This document shows positions 28,148 through 36,776 of a stretch of 64,000 bases of DNA, piece by piece. A program made the position numbers and the translations under genes. The notes under the pieces are model-generated. The model made no database searches, was not told the origin of the DNA, and worked only from the letters and a program-made list of their open reading frames with translations. Each line of letters begins with the position of its first letter. Position 1 is the first letter of the stretch. Source of the DNA: Candidatus Peregrinibacteria bacterium CG11_big_fil_rev_8_21_14_0_20_49_14. GTDB lineage: Bacteria; Patescibacteriota; Gracilibacteria; Peribacterales; Peribacteraceae. The DNA lies in the NCBI GenBank assembly GCA_002787035.1, contig PCVP01000034.1, positions 15,902 to 79,901 of the forward strand. Reading direction: 5' to 3'.

Positions 28148-28966
28148 TTATGCCACTGCCTCTTGCGCATCTCCTCCGGACATCCTTTGTTTTGTCGGCA
28201 GTGCTTGCGGGTGCGGCACCTCCGGTCGCATGCCGAGCTCACCGAGGAGTTCTGTAAAGATGGCATCTGCTTCTCGTATCACTTCGCCGATACTTGCTCC
28301 TTCTGCAACCGCACGTATTTTATCTTGCTTCTCTGTTGTGGGTGCAAAGTCACAGAGTCTATCTATCCACTGCTTTCTTACGTCAAGCCAGTCACTATGC
28401 GCATCCAGTATGGTGTTGATTTCAGTTTCTGCGGCATCTCCCGTAGGAATGGACTCTACGCTTGGTTGCGGAGTAAGAGCCATAAGACACTCATCGCGCC
28501 ATTGATCATCGTTTTGAAACACCGCACTGTTCACACCCATTTCGTAGAGCAGTGCACGGATAGTAAGCATGATGTGCTTCGCTGCATCGTATTGAATTTG
28601 CTGCGAAGGTGCCTCGCAATTGCGTCGGAATGCACCGTGAAATTTATAAATAATACTCCCCGGTGCTCCGTCGAAGGGCTCTATAAGCACGTGAGAAAGA
28701 GCCATTTCGTGTTGCAGCGCTTCGCTTGCAACGTAGTTCATGACGATATTGCGCATGAGTCTTGTTGCGCATGCTCTGTGAAATTCCTGCGCAAAATTTC
28801 GCACTGTCGCGTCATCATCATCCAATGCCAGTTGACGCAAGGATGAGCGCTGTATGTCTGTAAGCCTGCTATCTAGATCGAATGCGGAATCCATGTGAAT
28901 GAGAGAGGTACAGTACCGCTCTCGAATATCATACGAAAGCACTTTGTCAGGTTCTTGTTGCCGCAT
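28148..28966 (-). CDS. Hypothetical protein (272 aa)
   Basis: Start trimmed to MRQQEPDK (ATG at 28966), which has a GGAGG 9 nt upstream on the coding strand. First gene of the orphan trio and divergent from guaA. Confidence 0.55.
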   Translation of the reverse strand: MRQQEPDKVLSYDIRERYCTSLIHMDSAFDLDSRLTDIQRSSLRQLALDDDDATVRNFAQEFHRACATRLMRNIVMNYVASEALQHEMALSHVLIEPFDGAPGSIIYKFHGAFRRNCEAPSQQIQYDAAKHIMLTIRALLYEMGVNSAVFQNDDQWRDECLMALTPQPSVESIPTGDAAETEINTILDAHSDWLDVRKQWIDRLCDFAPTTEKQDKIRAVAEGASIGEVIREADAIFTELLGELGMRPEVPHPQALPTKQRMSGGDAQEAVA

Positions 28967-28992
28967 ATTTGGAGCCTCCGTACACTGTACCC

Positions 28993-30786
28993 ATGCACGG
29001 ATCTCTTCACCCAAAAAGCATCGTCATACTCGACTACGGTGGTCAGTATGCGCACCTTATTGCCAGTCGCGTACGTCGTTTCGGGGTGTTTACCGACATT
29101 CGCGAGCCCGAGACTCCCATAGAGGATTTGCGGGGTGCCGCAGGTATTATCCTTTCAGGTGGGCCCCAAAGTGTGTACGACAAAGGCAGTCCGCAGGCAG
29201 ACCCGAAGATTTTTGAGCTTGGTATTCCTGTGCTTGGTATTTGTTACGGTCTGCATTGGATGACGCAAACACTTGGGGGAGAGGTGAGTCAGGGAAAAGT
29301 AAAAGAGTACGGACGCACTGCCATTCGTACGGTGGAAGGCGGAGGCACTCTCCTGCAGGATTGCGGAGCAGGTTGCACCGTGTGGATGTCGCACGGAGAT
29401 GAGGCGGTGAGATTGCCGGAAGGCTTTACGCAAATTGCGACATCCGATGCGTGTGAGAATGCCGCATTCGCAGATGAAAAACGCAACTTCTTTGCCATTC
29501 AGTTTCACCCCGAAGTCACCCACTCCGAACACGGGCAAGATATACTCCGTCGATTTACGGAGCGGTGCGATGCCGCGCCATGGTCCGTAGAAAGTTACGC
29601 AAAAGAAATTTCCGAACAGATTCTTACCGAGGTGGGAGACCGCAAGGTATTCATGCTGGTGTCTGGAGGAGTGGATTCCAGTGTGGCATTCACGCTGCTC
29701 AACCAGGTTCTTGGAACAGAAAGGGTACAGGGTCTTTTGGTAGATACCGGTCTCATGCGCAAGGACGAAGTACTTCTCATAGAGAAAGCGTTCGCCAAGC
29801 TCGGCATTACAAATCTGCGTATAGAAAATGCATCGGAGGAATTTTTTGCCAACCTGCGGGAGGTGTATGATCCGGAAGAAAAAAGGAGAATCATAGGAGA
29901 CACGTTTTTGAGTGTGCAAAAAAGAGTGAGTGAAGAAATGGGACTCTCCATGCAAGACGGTTGGATGCTCGGACAGGGAACCATTTACCCCGATACCATA
30001 GAGACGGGAGCCACCAAGCATGCCGATAAAATTAAAACGCACCACAACAGAGTGGAGGCGGTGCAAAAAATGATAGAAGCGGGGTTGGTACTGGAGCCTC
30101 TGAAAGATTTATACAAAGATGAAGTGCGTGCACTCGGCGAAGAGCTGGGATTGCCGCATGAGTTTGTGTGGCGGCATCCGTTCCCCGGCCCGGGTTTGGG
30201 CGTGCGTATTCTGTGTGGTAAGGAGGCTTCGTTGCCCGAAGGGGATTACGAGATACACGTTGATCATGCTGCTTTCCCCATTCGTTCCGTGGGGGTGCAA
30301 GGAGATGGCAGAAGCTATCGTCATGCGGTTGCACTGTTTCGTACGCAGCCGACAAAGGTCACGGAAGACATGTTGGAACTTGCGACAAAAATTCCGAATG
30401 CGACACAGTTGTATAATCGCGTTCTCCTCTGTACGTCACATGCCGCTGCCATGCCCTTTGTATTCAACGCGGGATACATAACCAAAGAGCGTGCGGATCT
30501 TCTGCGCGAGGCGGATGCCATAGCCGACGATGAAATGAAAAAAGCGGGATTGTACGAAACAATATGGCAGTTCCCCGTCGTACTTCTGCCATTCGGAACC
30601 ACGCAGGGAGGGGAGTCTGTCGTGTTGCGACCGATAGAATCCATCGATGCCATGTCTGCCAATGCCGTGGCTCTGCCCTCCGAAGTACTGCAAAAAATGA
30701 CGGAGCGCATCATGAATTTGGACGGCATAGATCTTGTCTTCCTCGACCTCACAAACAAGCCGCCGGGCACCATTGAGTGGGAATGA
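28993..30786 (+). CDS. guaA: GMP synthase (glutamine-hydrolysing), long form
   Basis: Start trimmed to MHGSLHPKSIVILDYGGQY. It carries the GATase Cys (GICYGLHW), the PP-loop VSGGVDSSVA, IKTHHN, HPFPGPGLGVR and the C-terminal PPGTIEWE. Confidence 0.95.
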   Translation: MHGSLHPKSIVILDYGGQYAHLIASRVRRFGVFTDIREPETPIEDLRGAAGIILSGGPQSVYDKGSPQADPKIFELGIPVLGICYGLHWMTQTLGGEVSQGKVKEYGRTAIRTVEGGGTLLQDCGAGCTVWMSHGDEAVRLPEGFTQIATSDACENAAFADEKRNFFAIQFHPEVTHSEHGQDILRRFTERCDAAPWSVESYAKEISEQILTEVGDRKVFMLVSGGVDSSVAFTLLNQVLGTERVQGLLVDTGLMRKDEVLLIEKAFAKLGITNLRIENASEEFFANLREVYDPEEKRRIIGDTFLSVQKRVSEEMGLSMQDGWMLGQGTIYPDTIETGATKHADKIKTHHNRVEAVQKMIEAGLVLEPLKDLYKDEVRALGEELGLPHEFVWRHPFPGPGLGVRILCGKEASLPEGDYEIHVDHAAFPIRSVGVQGDGRSYRHAVALFRTQPTKVTEDMLELATKIPNATQLYNRVLLCTSHAAAMPFVFNAGYITKERADLLREADAIADDEMKKAGLYETIWQFPVVLLPFGTTQGGESVVLRPIESIDAMSANAVALPSEVLQKMTERIMNLDGIDLVFLDLTNKPPGTIEWE

Positions 30787-30870
30787 TTTTTAGCTTCTCA
30801 GAGCGAAAAAGAGTAACAAATCGCTGTATTTTCCGTTTGAACGGGTATACTTGGAGTCTCCAAATTTCAC

Positions 30871-31440
30871 ATGCCAAAGCACCCTCTCGAGGAGGCCGAT
30901 ATTCAAGACCTGGTATCCAAAGCCCAGGAGGGTGATACAGATGCTTTCGGACATCTCTACGATCACTATTTCGATGCCGTATACCGCTTTACCGCCTTTC
31001 GTGTTCCTGCGGAAGTGGCGGAAGATCTTACGGCGGATATCTTCGTAAAAGCGTGGGAAAAACTGCATACCTACAAGCTGCAAAAAAATATTCCGTTCGG
31101 AGCGTGGATTTTCCGTATTGCCAGGCACACACTCATAGATTCATACCGTGCGAAGCAGGAAACGCAGGAGGTGCCCGAAGATATGGAAGATCTCGACGTG
31201 TTTAACCGTGCCGAAACACGAGTGAAGCGCAATCACCTGCTTACAATGGTCCGCGGAGCCATGGATGAGCTTCCGAAGCGATACCAGGAAGTCCTGCAAC
31301 TGGCATACGTCGCCGAACTGCCAAATGACGAGGTTGCAAGAGTGCTGAAAATGCGAAGCGGAGCGGCTCGTACACTCAAATTTCGCGCATTACGCAAGCT
31401 CGAGGAAAATCTTCCACCCGAATGTCGGGAAAATATGTAA
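30871..31440 (+). CDS. ECF-type RNA polymerase sigma-70 factor
   Basis: Region 2 is present (DAFGHLYDHYFDAVYRF...AEDLTADIFVKAW), as is region 4 (ELPKRYQEVLQLAYVAELPNDEVARVL). Confidence 0.9.
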   Translation: MPKHPLEEADIQDLVSKAQEGDTDAFGHLYDHYFDAVYRFTAFRVPAEVAEDLTADIFVKAWEKLHTYKLQKNIPFGAWIFRIARHTLIDSYRAKQETQEVPEDMEDLDVFNRAETRVKRNHLLTMVRGAMDELPKRYQEVLQLAYVAELPNDEVARVLKMRSGAARTLKFRALRKLEENLPPECRENM

Positions 31441-31476
31441 CAAAAGCCGTATACCCCCGTTTTGTACAGTGTACAC

Positions 31477-33402
31477 ATGTCAGAACCATTTCTCTCACAG
31501 CTTCGGGACCAAGCAAAGCCTTCTGCGGCGGTAAAAAACCGCGTGCGTAGCAGGGTGATGCGCAGGATTGCTCCTGCAGAGTCGCTGTTTGCCGACGTGC
31601 GGAAAAACGTGGCTCCCACGACGTCTGTGCGCAACAGAGTGCGAGCCCGCACCATGCGACAAATTCACGCAGGGCATGCGTTGGGCGTTTTGGAGCAGAT
31701 ACGAGATATTGTCACACCGAGTCCCGCACTGCGCTCCAAACTGCACGGTCAAATTTTCATGCGTCTGGAGCCGATTCGAGTGGCATCCCGTTCGTACCGC
31801 CCGTTGAAATGGACGGCATCTTTCGCGTTGTTTGCTCTCGCTATTCGGGTCAGTCCTTTCTTGTTTCTTGCGCCGCCCACCATTGCGGATTCGGCGGTGA
31901 CTCTGCTTCCGACTCGCGGAGAAGTGTCCGTATCCGTCGGAGGACTATGGCAGCCCGTTTCAAATGAAATGACGTTGGAGCCGGGTACGATGCTCCGTAC
32001 GCACGACGGTGAATTGAGTATTCTTTTCCATGATGACGGTGTTATTCGTCTCGGACCCAATACCACGATTTCATTGAACGATACTGCAAAACGTTTCGGA
32101 CCTGATTCCGCCACACTGAACCCGACTCTCACACTCTTTACGGGTGAACTGTGGGTGCAGGGTCTTATGCCCGCATATGTGTCGGGTATTCGGGTGGAAA
32201 CGTCGTACGGTACCGTCGTTGTTAACGAAGGTAGCGTGTCCGTAGCCGAAGATGACACTGTGACTGTTCGCGTCTTCGACCGTCGTGCGAAGGTATTGCA
32301 CGGTAGTCAGGAAATTTCGTTGGTCGCTGGGCAGCGAACCGAACTGTGGGAAGGCAATATTCCGTTGGTAAAAAAGATTGCCGAAACCCAGTACGATGCC
32401 GATTGGCCGAGTCAGAACCTGGCAAGAGACGCCGTGCACCGCAGAGAGATTGCGCAGTTACAGCAGGAGAGACGCGCATCTGTAGCCGGCATATTGCCTA
32501 CTTCCAAGTTGTATCCTGTCAAACGTGTGGCTGAAGCTATGGATGTTCTTCTCACTTTCGATGAAGACGCTCGAATGCAGAAGCGTATTGCCCATGCAAA
32601 CACACGTCTCAATGAAGCGGCAGCTCTTCTTTCCGAAGACCAAGTGACAGATGCAGCAGCGCCGTTGGCAGAGTACACACAAGTGCTTCTGGCAATGGCA
32701 GGCGATTTCGAAACGGGAACATTGCAGTATTTCCTCCTGCAGCAATCGCTTGCGGAGGCTACGTCGGATATGGCTGCCGCGCTGCCCGACGACGAGTTTT
32801 ATCTTTTGAAGAAGGCGGTATTGGAAGCGAGCGTGGCCATAGACGGAGTGGTCAGTGCGGAAGATGTACAGGGAATGCTGATTATGGATACTCTTGCAGC
32901 TCTGATTTATGCGGTGAGTGAGGGTGATGTGGCGAATGTGCAAAAAACATGGATAGAATTGCAGCCACACCTCGCAATGCTGGAACAGGAAGAAATAACA
33001 CTGCAGGAAGATATGCACAAAGAGATCCTTGCGTTGCTCGGCAGATTTGCGGAGGCGGTTCAGAGCAGAGAATCTCAGGTTGCTTCCATAGATCCCGAAC
33101 TTACGGATCAGCTGAAAGCGTACCTTCCCGTAGACCACGCCGAGACAGTCTCTGTGATGTCCGACGAAGAACTGACCATATTGGTACAGGGTATTCGAGA
33201 CCGTATATTCACGTACCATATGACACGTTCCCGCTTAAATCAGTTTGCCGCAGAAGTTCGTGCCATGGAGGGTCACCCCGAACAGGGACGCATTCTGCGT
33301 CGATTGTACGTGGTGTTGCCTGACGGTCCTGAGTTATTCCCGGATCGCATTCGCAAAGAAATCACACGAGTACGATGGCAGAGAGAAGGGGATATGATCT
33401 AA
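31477..33402 (+). CDS. Putative anti-sigma factor: single TM, FecR-like domain and long helical C-terminal domain
   Basis: It lies immediately downstream of the ECF sigma gene. The N-terminal RVR repeats are followed by a TM segment (WTASFALFALAIRV) and a FecR-like beta region (GEVSVSVGGLWQPV...LRTHDGELSILFHDDGVIRLGPNT). Start taken at MSEPF; the track TTG is at 31462. Confidence 0.7.
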   Translation: MSEPFLSQLRDQAKPSAAVKNRVRSRVMRRIAPAESLFADVRKNVAPTTSVRNRVRARTMRQIHAGHALGVLEQIRDIVTPSPALRSKLHGQIFMRLEPIRVASRSYRPLKWTASFALFALAIRVSPFLFLAPPTIADSAVTLLPTRGEVSVSVGGLWQPVSNEMTLEPGTMLRTHDGELSILFHDDGVIRLGPNTTISLNDTAKRFGPDSATLNPTLTLFTGELWVQGLMPAYVSGIRVETSYGTVVVNEGSVSVAEDDTVTVRVFDRRAKVLHGSQEISLVAGQRTELWEGNIPLVKKIAETQYDADWPSQNLARDAVHRREIAQLQQERRASVAGILPTSKLYPVKRVAEAMDVLLTFDEDARMQKRIAHANTRLNEAAALLSEDQVTDAAAPLAEYTQVLLAMAGDFETGTLQYFLLQQSLAEATSDMAAALPDDEFYLLKKAVLEASVAIDGVVSAEDVQGMLIMDTLAALIYAVSEGDVANVQKTWIELQPHLAMLEQEEITLQEDMHKEILALLGRFAEAVQSRESQVASIDPELTDQLKAYLPVDHAETVSVMSDEELTILVQGIRDRIFTYHMTRSRLNQFAAEVRAMEGHPEQGRILRRLYVVLPDGPELFPDRIRKEITRVRWQREGDMI

Positions 33403-33560
33403 GAGCCTGTTCAAGATCTCAATTCGGTCTGCAAATGACGCATTCCTGTTGCGGCTTGTTGCTCAGCCAAACCATATCTCGATACGTTTTGGCTTCCGCA
33501 GCATTGCCTCACGACGGAATGCGTCATTTTCGCCATCAAAGCAGATCTTGAACAGGCTCT
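33402..33560. repeat. 159-nt long imperfect hairpin / inverted repeat (candidate ncRNA or MITE-like element)
   Basis: There is a perfect 18-bp outer stem (33402-33419 with 33543-33560), then a symmetric 13x13 nt bubble, then a perfect 14-bp inner stem (33433-33446 with 33516-33529). The apical 69 nt contains further short complementary segments. Confidence 0.6.
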
Positions 33561-33611
33561 AACATAAGGGAAATTCTTGCATACCTTCAGCAGGGTCTGC
33601 ACACTGTAATT

Positions 33612-34172
33612 ATGTACACACTTGCTGAACTAAAGCCCGGCAGAGCGGTGGTCTACGAAGGAGACCCATACCTCATTACGTGGTCGCAGTTTTCCAAACA
33701 GGGACGACAGGGAGGTGTGGCAGCCACGAAAATGAAGAACCTGAAAACGGGTTCTGTGGTGCAGCATACCTTTCAGGGCAGTGACAAACTGGAACCTGCG
33801 GATGTCGGTTTTCGCAAAGTGCAGTACCTGTACGGTGGAGACGGGTCTTTTACGTTCATGGATCTGCAAAGCTACGATCAGTTTGAATTGAACGAAGACA
33901 TCATAGGAGATGCATCCAAATACCTTATGGATGGTATGGAGCTCGACGCCATGATGTTCGAGGAGTTGCCAATCGGGATTCAGCTACCCGCAACGGTGGA
34001 AATGAAGGTGGAGGAAACCGTACCGGGAGTAAAAGGAGATACCGCAACAGGAGGCACCAAGCCTGCCACACTGACGTCCGGTCTTACGGTAAACGTTCCG
34101 CTCTTTATTACGGAAGGAGATATCGTACGCATAAACACAGACTCAGGATTGTATATGGAGCGTGTGTCGTAG
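33612..34172 (+). CDS. efp: Elongation factor P (Arg-type loop)
   Basis: 186 aa with KPGRAVVYEGDPY...FSKQGRQGGVAATKMKNLKTG...KLEP and three OB/KOW-like domains. Confidence 0.95.
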   Translation: MYTLAELKPGRAVVYEGDPYLITWSQFSKQGRQGGVAATKMKNLKTGSVVQHTFQGSDKLEPADVGFRKVQYLYGGDGSFTFMDLQSYDQFELNEDIIGDASKYLMDGMELDAMMFEELPIGIQLPATVEMKVEETVPGVKGDTATGGTKPATLTSGLTVNVPLFITEGDIVRINTDSGLYMERVS

Positions 34173-34577
34173 TCGTACTTCCGTATAGCAAATAAACTCC
34201 ATCTGCTACAGGATGACACAATCTTGAATATTATTATTCGCCTTTGGTCTGTTACGAATTGGCTTACCTCCGTGACCACAATCATCGATATCGTAAACAA
34301 AGCACACCTCTTCAGGTGCCAACACAGAAATATTGTACCGCTCAGGAACATGAATCTCAGAACAGTCCTCATTCATGTAATACAAGATTGTTTTTTCTGT
34401 TCCTAAAACATACCGATCCAAAAATCCTGTTTTTCCATAAGGAAAGTTGAGTAGCCTCTTCTTTCTTTTGTCTGCCCAACAAAAGAAAGAAGCAAAGAAA
34501 AATGCACCGCCGCCAGCTCCTCTCCGCTTGCCGCAACACCCCTCCGTGGCGGCGGAGCCCCTCCATCATTGAGCGCA

Positions 34578-34772
34578 CTATCCTAGTTTTTTTCTGAGTA
34601 TTTCGTTTACCTTGGCGGGATTTGCCTGCCCTTTGCTCTCTTTCATCACCCAGCCGACTATTTTCATGAGGGGCAAACCTACGGTTTTCCCCTCATGGAC
34701 ACCCCTTTCCCATTTAGCAGAGTCGCTCCAGGGCGGCAAAGCCGCCCTTCGCGAATTATTATAATTTTTCAC
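34578..34772 (-). pseudogene. Relic copy of the gatB 3' end (GatB/YqeY tail fragment)
   Basis: The C-terminal 27 codons (IVGWVMKESKGQANPAKVNEILRKKLG) parallel the real gatB tail (IVGWVMKESKGQANPETVQRILREKL). A 46-nt stretch is identical between 34616-34661 and 34794-34839. Confidence 0.55.
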
Positions 34773-36201
34773 GCAGTATTCTTTGTACGGTTTCGGGATT
34801 TGCCTGCCCTTTGCTCTCTTTCATCACCCAGCCGACTATGGCCCCAAGCGCGGCTTCTTTACCGCTTCTAAAGGATTCTATGGCTTGAGGGTTGGCATCT
34901 ATTGCCTGCCGTACCAATGCTTCTATGGCGCCGTCGTCAGAGATCTGTTGCATGCCTTCCTGCGCTATGATTTCCGTTGCCGACTTTCCGGTTTGAATCA
35001 TCTTTTCCATCACATCTTTTGCCGCGTTTCCTGAAATGGTGCCGTCGTCTATCTTCGTGATCAGTTCCAGCATACCTGCCGCATTCGGCCCTTCTTCTAT
35101 CGATTTCTCCTGCGTTTTTAAGAAACCGAGCAGTTGTGTGAGTACAAGGCCGGATGTTCTTTTGCCATCTCCCGTTTTTTCGTAGACGGCATCGAATATC
35201 CGCTGCAGGTCGGGCTGGTCTATAAGCTGCATTGCCTGTGCTTCGTCCAGTCCCATGTCCGTGTACTGTGCTTTGCGCTCCTGCGGGAGCGGTGGCAGTT
35301 GCTTTCGCAATTCTTCGATATCCTTTTTCGTAAACTTCAACGGCGGAATATCGGGCTCGGGGAAGTAGCGGTAGTCATCTGCCGATTCTTTGTTTCGCAG
35401 CATTCTTGTTTTCTCTTCGTCATCTTGCCACCCCACGGTGATGTCGTTTGGCAGCGGACCTCCGCTTTTCTTCCACTCGTTGCGCAGGCGCTTCTCTTCG
35501 TACTTCAGCGCTTTTTCAAGTGCTTTAAACGAGTTCAGGTTCTTTATTTCACTGCGGGGGTTCAGTTTTTTCGTACCCTTTTCTCGCAGCGAAATGGAGG
35601 CATCGAATCGCATCATTCCCTTAAACATGTCTGCGTCCGAAGAGCCTATGGCTATGAGAATCCTACGAAGCTCCTGAGCAAACGCCACTGCTTCATCCGC
35701 ACTGCGCAGATCCGGTTCCGTCACAATTTCCATAAGAGGAGTCCCTGCCCGGTTGTAGTCACACAGTGTTGTGGCTCCGCGATGCGTCAGCTTTCCTGCG
35801 TCGTTTTCCATGTGCAGACGCGTAATGCCACATGTACCGTCTCTCAGTTTTTTACCGCTGTCATCGGATATCACATACGACACGGATCCGCCGCTGCTCA
35901 GCGGAAAGTCGTACTGAGATATTTGAAATCCCATCGGAAGATCCGGATAAAAGTAATGCTTTCTGTCGAAATGATTCTCCTCGTTCACCGTTCCTTTCAG
36001 TGCGAGCGAAGTAAGAATTGCTTTTGTCACTGCCGACGCATTGGGAACGGGAAGTGTGCCGGGGTGTCCCATACATATGGGACATATCGTCGTATTCGGC
36101 GCTTTGCCGAATGCATCGTTGTCGCATCCGCAGAACATTTTTGTATCGGTGCTCATTTGCGCATGCACCTCAAGCCCGATGATTGTTTCCAGTTCTGCCA
36201 C
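34759..36201 (-). CDS. gatB: Asp-tRNA(Asn)/Glu-tRNA(Gln) amidotransferase subunit B
   Basis: 480 aa with IGLEVHAQM, KMFCGC, CPICMGHPGTLP, FDRKHYFYPDLP and a C-terminal YqeY-like tail. Confidence 0.95.
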   Translation of the reverse strand: MAELETIIGLEVHAQMSTDTKMFCGCDNDAFGKAPNTTICPICMGHPGTLPVPNASAVTKAILTSLALKGTVNEENHFDRKHYFYPDLPMGFQISQYDFPLSSGGSVSYVISDDSGKKLRDGTCGITRLHMENDAGKLTHRGATTLCDYNRAGTPLMEIVTEPDLRSADEAVAFAQELRRILIAIGSSDADMFKGMMRFDASISLREKGTKKLNPRSEIKNLNSFKALEKALKYEEKRLRNEWKKSGGPLPNDITVGWQDDEEKTRMLRNKESADDYRYFPEPDIPPLKFTKKDIEELRKQLPPLPQERKAQYTDMGLDEAQAMQLIDQPDLQRIFDAVYEKTGDGKRTSGLVLTQLLGFLKTQEKSIEEGPNAAGMLELITKIDDGTISGNAAKDVMEKMIQTGKSATEIIAQEGMQQISDDGAIEALVRQAIDANPQAIESFRSGKEAALGAIVGWVMKESKGQANPETVQRILREKL

Positions 36202-36246
36202 AGGAAGATTGTACCTTGCGATTGTGTAAAGACAACGAAGGACGTC

Positions 36247-36729
36247 TTACATTTTTGCGTGCTCTTTGTGCGACGCATCCGGCTTCTGTTGCGGATAGTC
36301 CACTATAAGAATGCCATCCAAATGGTCCAGTTCGTGCTGTACCACGCGTGCATTGAAATTCTCCAGTTTTCTTTCCTGCTCCGTTCCTTTTGCATCGGTG
36401 TATCTGAGAGTAATCCCAACAGGGCGTACTATCGGCAGCCACACTTTCGGAAGGCTGAGGCATCCTTCTTCCATGGAATCCGTTTCCTCACTTCTCCAGA
36501 TTATTTCGGGGTTTATAAGGGGAGTGTATCTTCCGTTGATGAGTGCAATGCACATACGAAGGGACTGCCCTATTTGCGGAGCTGCAATACCCGCACCTTC
36601 CGCATTTCGCACGGTTTCATCCATGTCTTTCAGCAGTCGCAAAATTTCCTTTGTTACCTTCGGGACCGTAGCGGTCTTTTTGCGGAGTACAGGTTCATTT
36701 TCACCGATGACTATGGGTAAAACGGCCAT
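36247..36729 (-). CDS. def: Peptide deformylase
   Basis: All three signature motifs are present: GIAAPQIG, EGCLSLP and QHELDHLDG. Confidence 0.95.
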   Translation of the reverse strand: MAVLPIVIGENEPVLRKKTATVPKVTKEILRLLKDMDETVRNAEGAGIAAPQIGQSLRMCIALINGRYTPLINPEIIWRSEETDSMEEGCLSLPKVWLPIVRPVGITLRYTDAKGTEQERKLENFNARVVQHELDHLDGILIVDYPQQKPDASHKEHAKM

Positions 36730-36776
36730 GAATATATGGTGGGCTGTGCAGAACGCTAATGCAAGAAATTCTGTGC

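Noticed and set aside
27896-28846. 316-aa + strand ORF over the orphan trio
   Set aside because: It is extremely Cys/Phe/Arg/His-rich (shadow-frame composition). The reverse-strand ORFs have normal composition, and the first of them has a proper SD. The reverse-strand models were therefore chosen.
35134-36720. 528-aa ORF on the + strand spanning gatB and def
   Set aside because: It is antisense to two unmistakable genes (gatB, def). Its translation is Cys/Phe/Arg/Leu-rich with no motifs, as expected for the shadow frame of a highly expressed reverse-strand gene.
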